NCBI GenBank assembly: GCA_031425655.1
Contig: JANPJS010000226.1
Span: 1 to 19,721, forward strand
Source of the DNA: Abditibacteriaceae bacterium
Lineage (GTDB): Bacteria > Armatimonadota > Abditibacteriia > Abditibacteriales > Abditibacteriaceae
DNA length: 19,721 nt
Direction: 5' to 3'
Every line of letters begins with the position of its first letter. Position 1 is the first letter of the stretch. The notes under the pieces are model-generated. The model saw only the letters and a program-made list of their open reading frames with translations. It searched no databases and had not been told where the DNA came from. Position numbers and translations under genes: made by a program. Shown here piece after piece: positions 8,172 to 16,711 of the stretch.

Positions 8172-10247
8172 TTAGGTGCCGGGAATGACTTCGTCCGTGA
8201 TGAGGCGGCGCACAATGCGCGCCGTCAGGAAGATAATCAGGTCGCTGTCGCGGCTGGTTTTGCTGTAGCTCTGGAAAAGTTTGCCGATGATAGGAATGCC
8301 GCTCAAAATTGGAATGCGATTCCTGATGTTGCCGACATTCTTATCTCGTAAACCGCCCAGTGCGATAGTGTCGCCGTCATTGACGATGGCGACGGTGTCC
8401 ACAGTTTGCGAAGTGACATCCGGGATACCGCCTTCTACTAAAGGTGGGGATTGCTGCTGGACTTGAGGCCGCATTAGCACAGTGATGGTGCCATCGCCGT
8501 TGATGGTGGGAGTGACGGAAATGCCGATCTGAGTTTGAACCTGAAAAGGCACGCTGGCAGTTGCGACGGTAGTGCCTCCGCCTCCGTTGCCCGGATTGAC
8601 AACAGCTTGCGGAATCAAAACCGTCGTCGTCTGCGAAGTGAAAATGCTCGCCGTCAAGTTGTTAACCGCCACCACGCGCGGCGCGGTAATCAGCTTAGCG
8701 CGGTTATCGGCCAGAGCGGCGCGCAAGACGGTGGAAAAGTTTCGTCCCACATAATTGAGCACGAAGTTGCCGCCGATGTCAACCGTCGAGCCGCTGGCTG
8801 AAAACGGGCCGTTGCTCGAATTGAAGTTAATACCAAAGGCTTTGTTATAGCTGGTATTGAGCGTGACGAACTGCGCTTCGACTTCGACTTGTTTCAACGG
8901 CTGATCCAGCAAGTCAATCAGCGTTTGAAGTTCTTCAACCGCTTGGGCCGTGCCGCGAATCAACAGTGCGTTTTGAGCATCAACCGCGGCCAGAGCTTCA
9001 ATGCCTTCGGGCAAATCAAAAATGCTCTGGATTTGCTGCTGTCCACCGCCCTGCCCACCTTGCCCTCCACCGAACTGTCCACCACCACCGCCGAACTGTC
9101 CACCACCGCCGCCGAACTGTCCACCACCACCGCCAAACTGCGGACGCGCGTTGGTAACAGCGTTTCCTCGGCCATTTAATAAGGGCCGTCCCCAGCCATT
9201 CGTTACCACAGTATTCCAGCCGTTCTCAGAAGGCACGTTTTGCACGTTGGAGGGCAGGCGTTGTCCATTGTTAGCATTCGGATTGGTGAAATTGAAGGCA
9301 CTCGGTTGGACTGGCGGTGCCATGCGCCCTGCGCCCATCATGTAAGGGCTTGAGTTCATCCGATAGCCGTTGGGAGCTATGACGTAAGGCGAAGCCGACA
9401 TACCGGGCGAAACCATCTGGCCCGGATAGGGATACGGATACGCCATCGCAGGCGCGGGTCTTACTAAATTGAATGCTTCAGGTGAGACAGGTCGCATGGT
9501 GCGCCGATCCTGCGATTCGTCGTAAAGGCGCTGAGAATTCGCGGTTATATTGTCCGGCGCGTGATTAGAGGGGTTGAGCCAGTAAGCCATCATGCGCGGC
9601 GGCACGTTATGGACGCGAATCACGCTGGTTTGCTTGGTTTTCGCGTTCTTTTTTTCATACAAGTCGGGAATGAAATTGCCGGAGCCTGCCGCTTCTCTTC
9701 CTCCTGGTGAGGAAGATGTGATGCTATTGTTCCCACCTTCGTCCGGGTTTATAGGTTTCGCAATGCTGTCGAAGACACCGCCGGTTCGTGATCCTTGCGA
9801 GAAGCCTTGAGGTTTTTTCTGAAGATTGGATGGGAGATCGTCAATGCTTTTTGTGACGATGTATTGATTTCCCCGGCGTCCCCAGTAAAGCCCGGCGTCG
9901 GCGGCAACGCGCTCAATAGCTTCTTCCGCCGTGACGCTTTTGTAGTGAACAAATTTTAAGGTGCCGTTGACATCGCCTTGTATGGAAATCTCCACGCCGC
10001 CCTGTTTGGCGATGGCAATGAGGAGTTCGGTGACAGGAATGTCTTGAAACTCAATCTCAAACTTCGCCAGTCCAAGTTGAGCCGTATTTCCTATATCGGG
10101 CAAAGCGTTGGCTGCCGGAACCGGCAAGGTCGCATTTTGCGCCCAAACTTCAGGGACGCCGGAAAAAAGTGTGGATACGGCATAAAGCGAAACAAAGCCG
10201 GAGGCCTGTAAAGCCGGGTGCAAATGGGAATTCAACCTGGAACGCAT
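8172..10247 (-). CDS. pilQ: Secretin (PilQ/GspD family outer-membrane channel) with a large low-complexity insertion
   Basis: Signal-like N-terminus, STN/N0-like IEFQDIPVTELL..., N3-like NALLIRGT..VEELQTLIDLLD, QVEVEAQFV, APRVVAVNN..A, GISVTPTIN, VNDGDTIALGGL, IPILSGIPIIGKLF, LIIFLTARIV. Last gene of the pilMNOP cluster. AAGGAG SD. Confidence 0.88.
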   Translation of the reverse strand: MRSRLNSHLHPALQASGFVSLYAVSTLFSGVPEVWAQNATLPVPAANALPDIGNTAQLGLAKFEIEFQDIPVTELLIAIAKQGGVEISIQGDVNGTLKFVHYKSVTAEEAIERVAADAGLYWGRRGNQYIVTKSIDDLPSNLQKKPQGFSQGSRTGGVFDSIAKPINPDEGGNNSITSSSPGGREAAGSGNFIPDLYEKKNAKTKQTSVIRVHNVPPRMMAYWLNPSNHAPDNITANSQRLYDESQDRRTMRPVSPEAFNLVRPAPAMAYPYPYPGQMVSPGMSASPYVIAPNGYRMNSSPYMMGAGRMAPPVQPSAFNFTNPNANNGQRLPSNVQNVPSENGWNTVVTNGWGRPLLNGRGNAVTNARPQFGGGGGQFGGGGGQFGGGGGQFGGGQGGQGGGQQQIQSIFDLPEGIEALAAVDAQNALLIRGTAQAVEELQTLIDLLDQPLKQVEVEAQFVTLNTSYNKAFGINFNSSNGPFSASGSTVDIGGNFVLNYVGRNFSTVLRAALADNRAKLITAPRVVAVNNLTASIFTSQTTTVLIPQAVVNPGNGGGGTTVATASVPFQVQTQIGISVTPTINGDGTITVLMRPQVQQQSPPLVEGGIPDVTSQTVDTVAIVNDGDTIALGGLRDKNVGNIRNRIPILSGIPIIGKLFQSYSKTSRDSDLIIFLTARIVRRLITDEVIPGT
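9070..9140 (-). repeat. 21-bp intragenic tandem repeat x3.4 encoding (QFGGGGG)n
   Basis: ccgaactgtccaccacc(a/g)ccg at 9070, 9091 and 9112, plus a partial copy at 9133. Confidence 0.92.
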
Positions 10248-10361
10248 GAAGCTCCTTTGAACATAGCCTCACCGCAATGGCGAGGCTAAGCTCAGTTACA
10301 TCAGAGAGATTTAAAGTTAACGACTCAACTTAGGAAAAGCCGTCTGTTGGAAATAGTGCAA

Positions 10362-11297
10362 TTAGCGTCTAAAGCCGCCACCGCCGCCACCTCCACCACC
10401 GAAGCCGCCACCACCGAAGCCGCCACCACCTTGATTTCCACCGAAGCCGCCTTGACCGCCGCCTTGACCACCGAAGCCGCCACCGCCTTGCCCGCCGCCT
10501 TGCCCGCCGCCATTAGCATAGCCGGGCGAAACGAACGGCCCGGTCGGAATGAGGCCGGCTTCTTTAAAGAGAGCAGCAACGCCACCGGCATAAACGTGCT
10601 TGACGACTAAGATGCGGAAAGTCATTTCTTCGCCGCCCGCATCGGCGCCGCCCGCCGCACCGCCGCCGAACGCCGGAGCGGTTTGCGGGTTTACAAAGTT
10701 ACGCACGGGAGGCCGGCTGCCGCCGCCAAAAGGATTGGCGGGAACAATGGCGCCCTGCGGATTGCCTTGACCTTGACCTTGACCTCTATTAAAACCGCCA
10801 CCGTTACCTTGCTGCCCACCGAAGGCGCCACCGCCGCGTCCACCGCGCCGATCATTCCCACCGGGGAAACCCTCGCCCCCGAAACCGCCGTTTGCAACAG
10901 GCGGTGGAGTGCGAGGCTCGATAACCCAAGTGCCGGCGTCGTTTTTATAAAACCTGAAATTATAGGTGCCGGTTAATTGACGAACGATGCTGTGCCAATC
11001 GTGGTTGGGAAACGTGGAGTTGGCGACGTTGACCGAACGGGCCGAATCGTCAACGATATGCGCCGGATTGCCTGCGGCTTTGAAGACCATTTCCAGAGCA
11101 TCGGCCAGAGTGGAGTCCTTTAGCTCAACGTAAAAGCGCATCTGCCCCGCAGGATCACCGGCAACGGCGCCAACTGGGGCAACTGGCTGCACTTGAGCCG
11201 TCGCCAGTTGCGCTGTGCAGGTGACCGTGGCGACAATCAGTGCGGCGGCATATTGCGCCTTCCGACCGTTGATCATTTTCTTTGCAAGTTCTTTCAT
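10362..11297 (-). CDS. Secreted Gly-rich protein with an STN/secretin-N-like domain, no beta-barrel
   Basis: GAGGAG SD. Signal peptide ending ..LATA-Q. FYVELKDSTLADALEMVFKAAG..SIVRQL..YNFRFYKNDAGTWVI resembles STN/N0. Later FRILVVKHVYAGGVAALF and a GGFGG-rich tail. Confidence 0.75.
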   Translation of the reverse strand: MKELAKKMINGRKAQYAAALIVATVTCTAQLATAQVQPVAPVGAVAGDPAGQMRFYVELKDSTLADALEMVFKAAGNPAHIVDDSARSVNVANSTFPNHDWHSIVRQLTGTYNFRFYKNDAGTWVIEPRTPPPVANGGFGGEGFPGGNDRRGGRGGGAFGGQQGNGGGFNRGQGQGQGNPQGAIVPANPFGGGSRPPVRNFVNPQTAPAFGGGAAGGADAGGEEMTFRILVVKHVYAGGVAALFKEAGLIPTGPFVSPGYANGGGQGGGQGGGGFGGQGGGQGGFGGNQGGGGFGGGGFGGGGGGGGGFRR

Positions 11298-11368
11298 TTC
11301 AGGCTCCTCTCAGACTCTGTTTTCCGACTTAACGCCGGCATTTCTTGGATTGTGGAACGCTTTTGCAG

Positions 11369-11394
11369 GACGCAAATGATTCCTGACTGTTACA
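11369..11394 (-). promoter_or_regulatory. Candidate ECF sigma promoter TGTAAC-N16-CGTC
   Basis: -35 TGTAAC (11394-11389), 16-nt spacer, -10 CGTC (11372-11369), about 70 nt upstream of ATG 11297 in a 218-nt intergenic gap. Confidence 0.45.
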
Positions 11395-11515
11395 AGCACG
11401 GTTTTGACCGGTGCGGCCTTGAAAAGTCGCAGGTCGCGTTGCGCACCATAGTTCAACGTCTCGTGTAGTGGCGGCAGTTTAACAACCGCCGCTTCCTCTC
11501 ACAACGAAAGGCAGG

Positions 11516-12514
11516 TTACGGCCCCTGAGGGCGACTGCCGCGCGGGAAACCTCCGGGCGAGGGACGAATCGCGCCAAACGGCGAACCGGGCGCAGATGAG
11601 CCGCCGGGTGAAGACGAGCCGCCCTCGCTTCCGAACCCTGCGCCGGCTGCCGCCGGCGGCGTGGGCGAAGGCCGCAGGTCTACAAAACGCTCTTCGTTGC
11701 CTTCACGGACGAACATTCGTGTAATTTGTCGCCCACCTTCAAAAACGCGTTCGATGCGCAAAATCTTGATGCCATCTACTTCGTCGCCCGGTTGCACCAC
11801 GCGAACTATAGTGGCAGCACCAGCGGCGCCTCCGCCCTCGCCTTGCCCCCCGCCTTGCCCTCCGCCTTGCCCAGCCGCAGCATCGGTGGTCGTGATTTCC
11901 AACAAAGCGCGCACCGAATCCCCGATAATAACGCCGGACAACCGCTTATTCGACGAGCGAATCGGGATGCTGCCTTCATCTGGGCCTTTTATGGAGCCGG
12001 TGCCTCTCAAATAGATCGGGCCGGGCAGCACGTAATTCGCATTGTGCGGACGCGGCAGGCCAATCAATACGGTATTGGGCGGTGAACTCGCCAAGCGAAG
12101 AGCCGGCAAAGGCACGCTGGCGGGCGGCAACGGCAGTTCTACCGGAGGCGGCAGCGGTGTCGGGGTCACCGTTGGTTCGGGTGTCGGATGATAAAACGGC
12201 TCGAAAGGATCGGGCCGGCTGGGTTCGACATAAGCGGACTTGGCGACCAAAATTACCGGCGCCTTGACGAGAGCCGCTTTCGCCGTCTTTTTTTCGGTCA
12301 CTTTCACGATTTTAACGATTTGAGCGACTGTAGGTTTTACCGTGACAACTTGAGGGCTTACAGGCGCGCCGGCAGTTGTTATCGCTGGCGCAGCCGCCGA
12401 CTCGTCGGGAGCCGAGCGCGTGCGCATGACGAGAAATCCCACCAGCACCAGCACACCCAAAAAGCCCGCCAATACGTAAAGTTTTTGTTTTTGATCGCCG
12501 CTTATGGCTGCCAT
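11516..12514 (-). CDS. PilP/PilW/GspC-like pilus alignment protein with an N-terminal TM anchor
   Basis: N-terminal TM helix with no lipobox Cys, RPDPFEP motif (cf. PilP RDPF), Pro-rich linker, then LSGVIIGDSVRALLE...VVQPGDEVDGIKILRIE beta-sandwich. Position after pilO. Confidence 0.7.
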   Translation of the reverse strand: MAAISGDQKQKLYVLAGFLGVLVLVGFLVMRTRSAPDESAAAPAITTAGAPVSPQVVTVKPTVAQIVKIVKVTEKKTAKAALVKAPVILVAKSAYVEPSRPDPFEPFYHPTPEPTVTPTPLPPPVELPLPPASVPLPALRLASSPPNTVLIGLPRPHNANYVLPGPIYLRGTGSIKGPDEGSIPIRSSNKRLSGVIIGDSVRALLEITTTDAAAGQGGGQGGGQGEGGGAAGAATIVRVVQPGDEVDGIKILRIERVFEGGRQITRMFVREGNEERFVDLRPSPTPPAAAGAGFGSEGGSSSPGGSSAPGSPFGAIRPSPGGFPRGSRPQGP

Positions 12515-12641
12515 ATCGAACTCCGCGTCAATTCATTTTGCCATGAATTGAAATTAATTTTTGTTGTCATCGGCAAGCTCTGCGCCGATATGCGTGCATG
12601 ATCAAACGCCTGACCGAACAGCGCGTTGCGTCCCGCTCATG

Positions 12642-13460
12642 TTACGGGGCTGGCGGCGCACTGCCGGTAGGAGCGCCAATCGGCGTCGTTGCAATATTGG
12701 CAATTTGCGTCGTAGTTGGCAGGCCGCCCGCCGGAGCCGCGGGAGCCGCGCCTGCTGCCGTCAGATTCACATTGGTGCCTCTGGCTACCAAATACGGTTG
12801 AAGCGTGAAACCGACCGACACGCGCGGCGACGACCCGTCCAATTTCAAGCCACCGCCAACTTTCATCAAAATCTGGCCTTCGTGAATGCGTCGCAGAAAA
12901 TTCAGAATTTGATCAAGCGTGCCGGTGACCGCAATGTTGAGCGGCGTGGGGCCGGTCGGAGTAAAAAAGCCGTTCGCCGGAATCGTAATGTTTTCCGGGC
13001 CTTTGGGCGGCGCTTCAGTCTTAATTGCATCCAGAGTGGTGATGGATACGCCGCTGGCATTGGCTGCGCCATGAATTTCTCCCCACAGACGCGGGCCGTA
13101 ATCGTAGCTGAATTCGTGCATCAACCGGCGCCAAAGCCATATCTGCGCTTTGCTGGATGGATTGGATTTTGCCGGATCCCACGCGCCGAAATCGAAAGAA
13201 CGATAGCGATTGCGAAAGAATGCCAGTTGCACGTTAAGGCGTTTTTCTTTGACTCTGGCGGTTTCCAACGCTTCTTTGGCCCCCGCCATTTTGGCCGCGT
13301 CGGCTCTGGCTGTCGTCAAGTCACCGGTGGTTTTGACCATCTCCTCATCCAAGGGACGCACCAGCACCATCGCCCACGCCCCGACCATGCCCGCCACCAA
13401 CAGCACCGCGACGACAAGCGTTACGATGATCTGCATTCTCAGCTTTTTTTCTTTGTCCAT
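12642..13460 (-). CDS. pilO: PilO-like type IV pilus assembly protein
   Basis: N-terminal TM, coiled coil, AANASGVSI and PLNIAVTGTLDQILNFLRRI (PilO-type G...L..F motif). Third gene in the cluster. Confidence 0.72.
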   Translation of the reverse strand: MDKEKKLRMQIIVTLVVAVLLVAGMVGAWAMVLVRPLDEEMVKTTGDLTTARADAAKMAGAKEALETARVKEKRLNVQLAFFRNRYRSFDFGAWDPAKSNPSSKAQIWLWRRLMHEFSYDYGPRLWGEIHGAANASGVSITTLDAIKTEAPPKGPENITIPANGFFTPTGPTPLNIAVTGTLDQILNFLRRIHEGQILMKVGGGLKLDGSSPRVSVGFTLQPYLVARGTNVNLTAAGAAPAAPAGGLPTTTQIANIATTPIGAPTGSAPPAP

Positions 13461-13526
13461 AACTGTTCGAGCGAGCGCTCACCCTTCCGCTTATTGAAGC
13501 CGTTACTCACAGTGTTGTGATTGTCC

Positions 13527-14267
13527 TTATGGGCCGCCTGTAGGGCTGCCGGTTGGACTGGGTGCGGCGCCGCCGCTTCCCGCTGCTGCGCCGGCTGGGG
13601 CCGCTGCGGCGCCTTCGCCCGGCGCGGTGGGCGTGCTAAACGCCAACTCGTTGATCAATGGGCCGGCGATGGAAATATTCAACGGAAACGTCTTGGGTAT
13701 TGGGTCTGAGCCGGTGATTGCGGGAATCGTGACGGACGGCAACGGATAGCCGGGAACGCCACTGGCCACCGGAGTTGTTTCCCAAACGTAAGGCAGAGGC
13801 GGCGCGGGTAAAGTGCCGGCGGTGCCTTGCCGCAGGTTCACAAGCAGACGACTGTAATCGTCGCTGTCCACCACAGCAGCCACAATTGTGACTTTCTTAC
13901 CATCAGTAATGTCAATCGAAGAAACCAGCGCATCGGGCATAACGTAGCGCCGAATCAAGTCTACGGCGGCGGCGCGGCGCGGCCCGGTTTGCGTGGCATC
14001 GCCAAAAAATTGCACGGTGGATTGCAGATTCGCCAATGAAGCCTCTTTGTCCGCAGCTTCCTTAACGACGACTGTGGCGTCCGCGGCAACCTTTTTCCAC
14101 ATATCCAGATTCGTCTTGGCGACCTCGACTTCCTGCTTTTTCTTGTGCCAAAGCAGGGTGAGCACCGAGCCAACGGAAGTCACGATGATCAATGCGATGA
14201 GCAGCGTCCATTTGAGAACGCGCCGCAAACGAACGTAACCGGGAAGGAGGTCAATTTTAATGGCCAT
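13527..14267 (-). CDS. pilN: PilN-like type IV pilus assembly protein
   Basis: N-terminal IKIDLLP (cf. PilN INLLP, the PilM-binding motif), TM helix, coiled coil, MPDALVSSIDI ferredoxin-like domain. Confidence 0.82.
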   Translation of the reverse strand: MAIKIDLLPGYVRLRRVLKWTLLIALIIVTSVGSVLTLLWHKKKQEVEVAKTNLDMWKKVAADATVVVKEAADKEASLANLQSTVQFFGDATQTGPRRAAAVDLIRRYVMPDALVSSIDITDGKKVTIVAAVVDSDDYSRLLVNLRQGTAGTLPAPPLPYVWETTPVASGVPGYPLPSVTIPAITGSDPIPKTFPLNISIAGPLINELAFSTPTAPGEGAAAAPAGAAAGSGGAAPSPTGSPTGGP

Positions 14268-14284
14268 AAATTTCGGTTGGAACC

Positions 14285-16585
14285 TCAGACCATATCGCGC
14301 ACCGCAAGACCCAGCGCGACAGCTAAGGCCGGGCCGTTGCGATCAATATAATCGGGTGCAAGTTGGGAGGCCCGCAGCGGCAAACGCGCCAACGGATTCC
14401 CTATCGCCGTTGGAATGCCTAATTGCTGCGTGAAATAAGCATCAATATTTTTCAACGCGGCGCCGCCGCCGATCAGCACAACGCGGCGCACTGCGGCATC
14501 GGGGTAGCGGCTGGCGTGATATTCCAGCGAGCGCCGCACTTCGTTTACCAATTCTTCGAGTTGAGGCAGCAAAATCGAATGCACGGTGGCGGCATCAATG
14601 CCCTCCATCGGCGCATCGCTCGAATCGCTAAGGCCGGCGCCGAAGTTTTCAAAGTCGCCGAAACCAAAATCATCAAGCGCGGCCATCGGAGCCGCTACGG
14701 GCGCTGGCGTGTTGAACGCCGCGAAATCCTGCTCAGCAACCGGTTCCTGATCGCCAAACAAGGCATCGAGATCGAAATCGTCGTCGCCCGTGGCCGGTAT
14801 TTCTACCGCGACGGGAGCCGCAGCGCCGGATGCTCCGGCACTGGTGAAGTCTGAAAGATCGTAAGCGGAATCTATGGTGGCGCTGGCCGTATTTTCTTCA
14901 ATATCGCCGGATTCTGCGACTAAAGTGTCGAAATCGGGCAAATCCAGTGATGGTGCAGGCGCGGGTTGCGAGAGTTCGTCCGGTTCCATCGCAAGCGCCG
15001 GTGCGATCACTGGCGGCGCTTCGGCGGCTTCCATGGAAAAGCCTGAAGATGCAACCGGAGTCGCCGGGGCGAGCGTTTCGGGCGGCATTTGCCACTGGGC
15101 GGATTCTGCGTCGGAACTGAACGATATGTCCAGTGGGTTCGGGACGGCAGGCGCGGCATCCGCAGCGAGCGGCGCAGTTTCTTCGGGAAAAGAAAAATTA
15201 AGCGCGCTATCGCCGGCTGCAGCGGGTTGAGCAGGTGCCGGAGCTGGAGCCGGAGGAGCGTCTTCTTTGGCCGGCTCGGCGGACTGGTCGAAGGAAAAGT
15301 CGAAATTAAAAGGCTCGTCCTGCTTTTGACCGTGCTGTTCGCCCGGTTCCCGATTGACCGGCCCCTGATCGAAGAATTCAGGGGCGAAAGGATCGCTGCT
15401 TAATTGCGGCGCAGCGGGCGCCGGTTCGGCAAAATCTTGAAAATCCTCTGCGTTATATTGCTGGTCGTCTGCGTTGTATTGTTGGTCGTCGAAAGGGTTC
15501 GCAGTCTGCGCGGTGTTGTCCAGCACGCCGAAATCGCCCCAATCCTCGGAGGAGGCCTCCGAAACGCCTTCTTGTGGCATCAGGGCATCACCCATGCCGA
15601 CTTTCAAGCGTTCGGCATCGTGCCACGGCAAAGCCAGGTGGTCTACCAGCGCCTGCGTGAAATCGTTGCCGCCTTTGGGCACGATGCGCGTGAACACTAA
15701 CAGGTCGCCGCGCAGCACGGAAATTTCCGAACTCGTCGCGCCTAAATTGATCAGCGCCGTTACGTCGAAATAATCGGTGACTTCGTCAGTCAAGCCCAAT
15801 TCGGCGACGGCGCGGGCGGCGGCTAAAGGCTCCACGTCAATGGCGCGCGGGTCGAGTTTGGCACGATCAACCACGGCAATATGCGCGTCCACGATTTCGC
15901 GCTGCGCCGCTGCGAGCAGCACTTCCATGTTGGGCGCGTCCGGGTCGCTGGGCAGTTCGCGCAAGGCCTTGAAGTCCATGATGACCTCGGAAGGCGGGAA
16001 GGGAATATAACGCTCGGCGTCCTGGCGCATATTCTCTTCTAATTCTTTATCGCCCATGCGCGGCACTTCGATAACGCGCACCACGAGACTGCCCGTGCCC
16101 GAAACCGAGGTCACGATTTGTTTTGATTTAATGCCCGCGCTTTTCATCAGCTCGCGGATGGCGTTGGCCAGCGCTGTCGTGTTGATAACCACGCCGTTGG
16201 TAATGCTTTCCGGCGGCGTCGGGATTTCGCCCGCAGCCGTAATGGCCAACTCGCCGCCTTTGACCGTGACTTCGACGGCTTTAATGGCGAACTGGCCGAT
16301 GTTCAGGCCGACGATAGAGCCGTTTTTGATGGTTTTTGTTTTGGCCGGACGCGCCGCGCTGGCCTGATAGCCGTTATCCGGCGCTTTGGGCGCTTCGGCA
16401 TCGGCAAATTCGCTCATGTCCGGCGCATCGCCGGGCAAAAGAGGCGGCGGAGCGGCTTCCACGCCTTTTTTCTTGCCGAAACCGATTCCTTTTTTCGCCC
16501 CCGGCGCTTTGGGCGCTTTGGGCGGCTTGGGAGTTTTGGCTGGCTTGGGCGCCGCGTCGTCAGGTTTCTTTCCGAAAAGAGCCAT
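14285..16585 (-). CDS. pilM: Type IV pilus assembly protein PilM (actin/FtsA-like) with a large acidic insertion
   Basis: VGLNIGQFAIKAVE, AERYIPFP, EVLLAAA, IDVEPLAAAR, INLGATSS, GGNDFT, AERLK, EVRRSLEY, LIGGGA, AVALGLAVR. Confidence 0.92.
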   Translation of the reverse strand: MALFGKKPDDAAPKPAKTPKPPKAPKAPGAKKGIGFGKKKGVEAAPPPLLPGDAPDMSEFADAEAPKAPDNGYQASAARPAKTKTIKNGSIVGLNIGQFAIKAVEVTVKGGELAITAAGEIPTPPESITNGVVINTTALANAIRELMKSAGIKSKQIVTSVSGTGSLVVRVIEVPRMGDKELEENMRQDAERYIPFPPSEVIMDFKALRELPSDPDAPNMEVLLAAAQREIVDAHIAVVDRAKLDPRAIDVEPLAAARAVAELGLTDEVTDYFDVTALINLGATSSEISVLRGDLLVFTRIVPKGGNDFTQALVDHLALPWHDAERLKVGMGDALMPQEGVSEASSEDWGDFGVLDNTAQTANPFDDQQYNADDQQYNAEDFQDFAEPAPAAPQLSSDPFAPEFFDQGPVNREPGEQHGQKQDEPFNFDFSFDQSAEPAKEDAPPAPAPAPAQPAAAGDSALNFSFPEETAPLAADAAPAVPNPLDISFSSDAESAQWQMPPETLAPATPVASSGFSMEAAEAPPVIAPALAMEPDELSQPAPAPSLDLPDFDTLVAESGDIEENTASATIDSAYDLSDFTSAGASGAAAPVAVEIPATGDDDFDLDALFGDQEPVAEQDFAAFNTPAPVAAPMAALDDFGFGDFENFGAGLSDSSDAPMEGIDAATVHSILLPQLEELVNEVRRSLEYHASRYPDAAVRRVVLIGGGAALKNIDAYFTQQLGIPTAIGNPLARLPLRASQLAPDYIDRNGPALAVALGLAVRDMV

Positions 16586-16682
16586 ATTGATTGAAAGCCG
16601 AAATCAAGCCTTCGGGCTTGACGGCGCGAAACAACAATGATTGCACGAGTTACGATGATGACCGGCGAGGCAAGGTCAATCT

Positions 16683-16711
16683 ATTATTATAGCAGCCGAA
16701 AACGGTGTCAA
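16683..16711 (-). promoter_or_regulatory. Sigma70-type promoter for the pilM operon
   Basis: Minus strand: TTGACA (16711-16706), then extended -10 TGCTATAAT (16694-16686). AATAAT at 17-nt spacing is also available. About 100 nt upstream of the pilM ATG. Confidence 0.65.

Noticed and set aside
7828..8215. Short ORFs 7828-8175 (+) and 7964-8215 (-) as a transposase or toxin
   Set aside because: They are translations of palindromic repeats and the terminator, with no catalytic motifs or SD.
9001..9345. Cys/Pro-rich repeat peptide (PPPPNC)n as a RiPP or metallothionein
   Set aside because: It is the reverse-strand reading of the secretin's QFGGGGG repeat.
11298..11515. c-di-GMP or other riboswitch upstream of the secretin module
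   Set aside because: I could not see the conserved GEMM-type motifs. An Rfam/Infernal scan would be needed.
12561..13520. 319-aa plus-strand ORF
   Set aside because: Antisense shadow of pilO, Arg-rich with no recognisable motifs.
14610..15575. Intein in PilM
   Set aside because: No C/S...HN splice-junction or LAGLIDADG motifs; the insertion is low-complexity and acidic.
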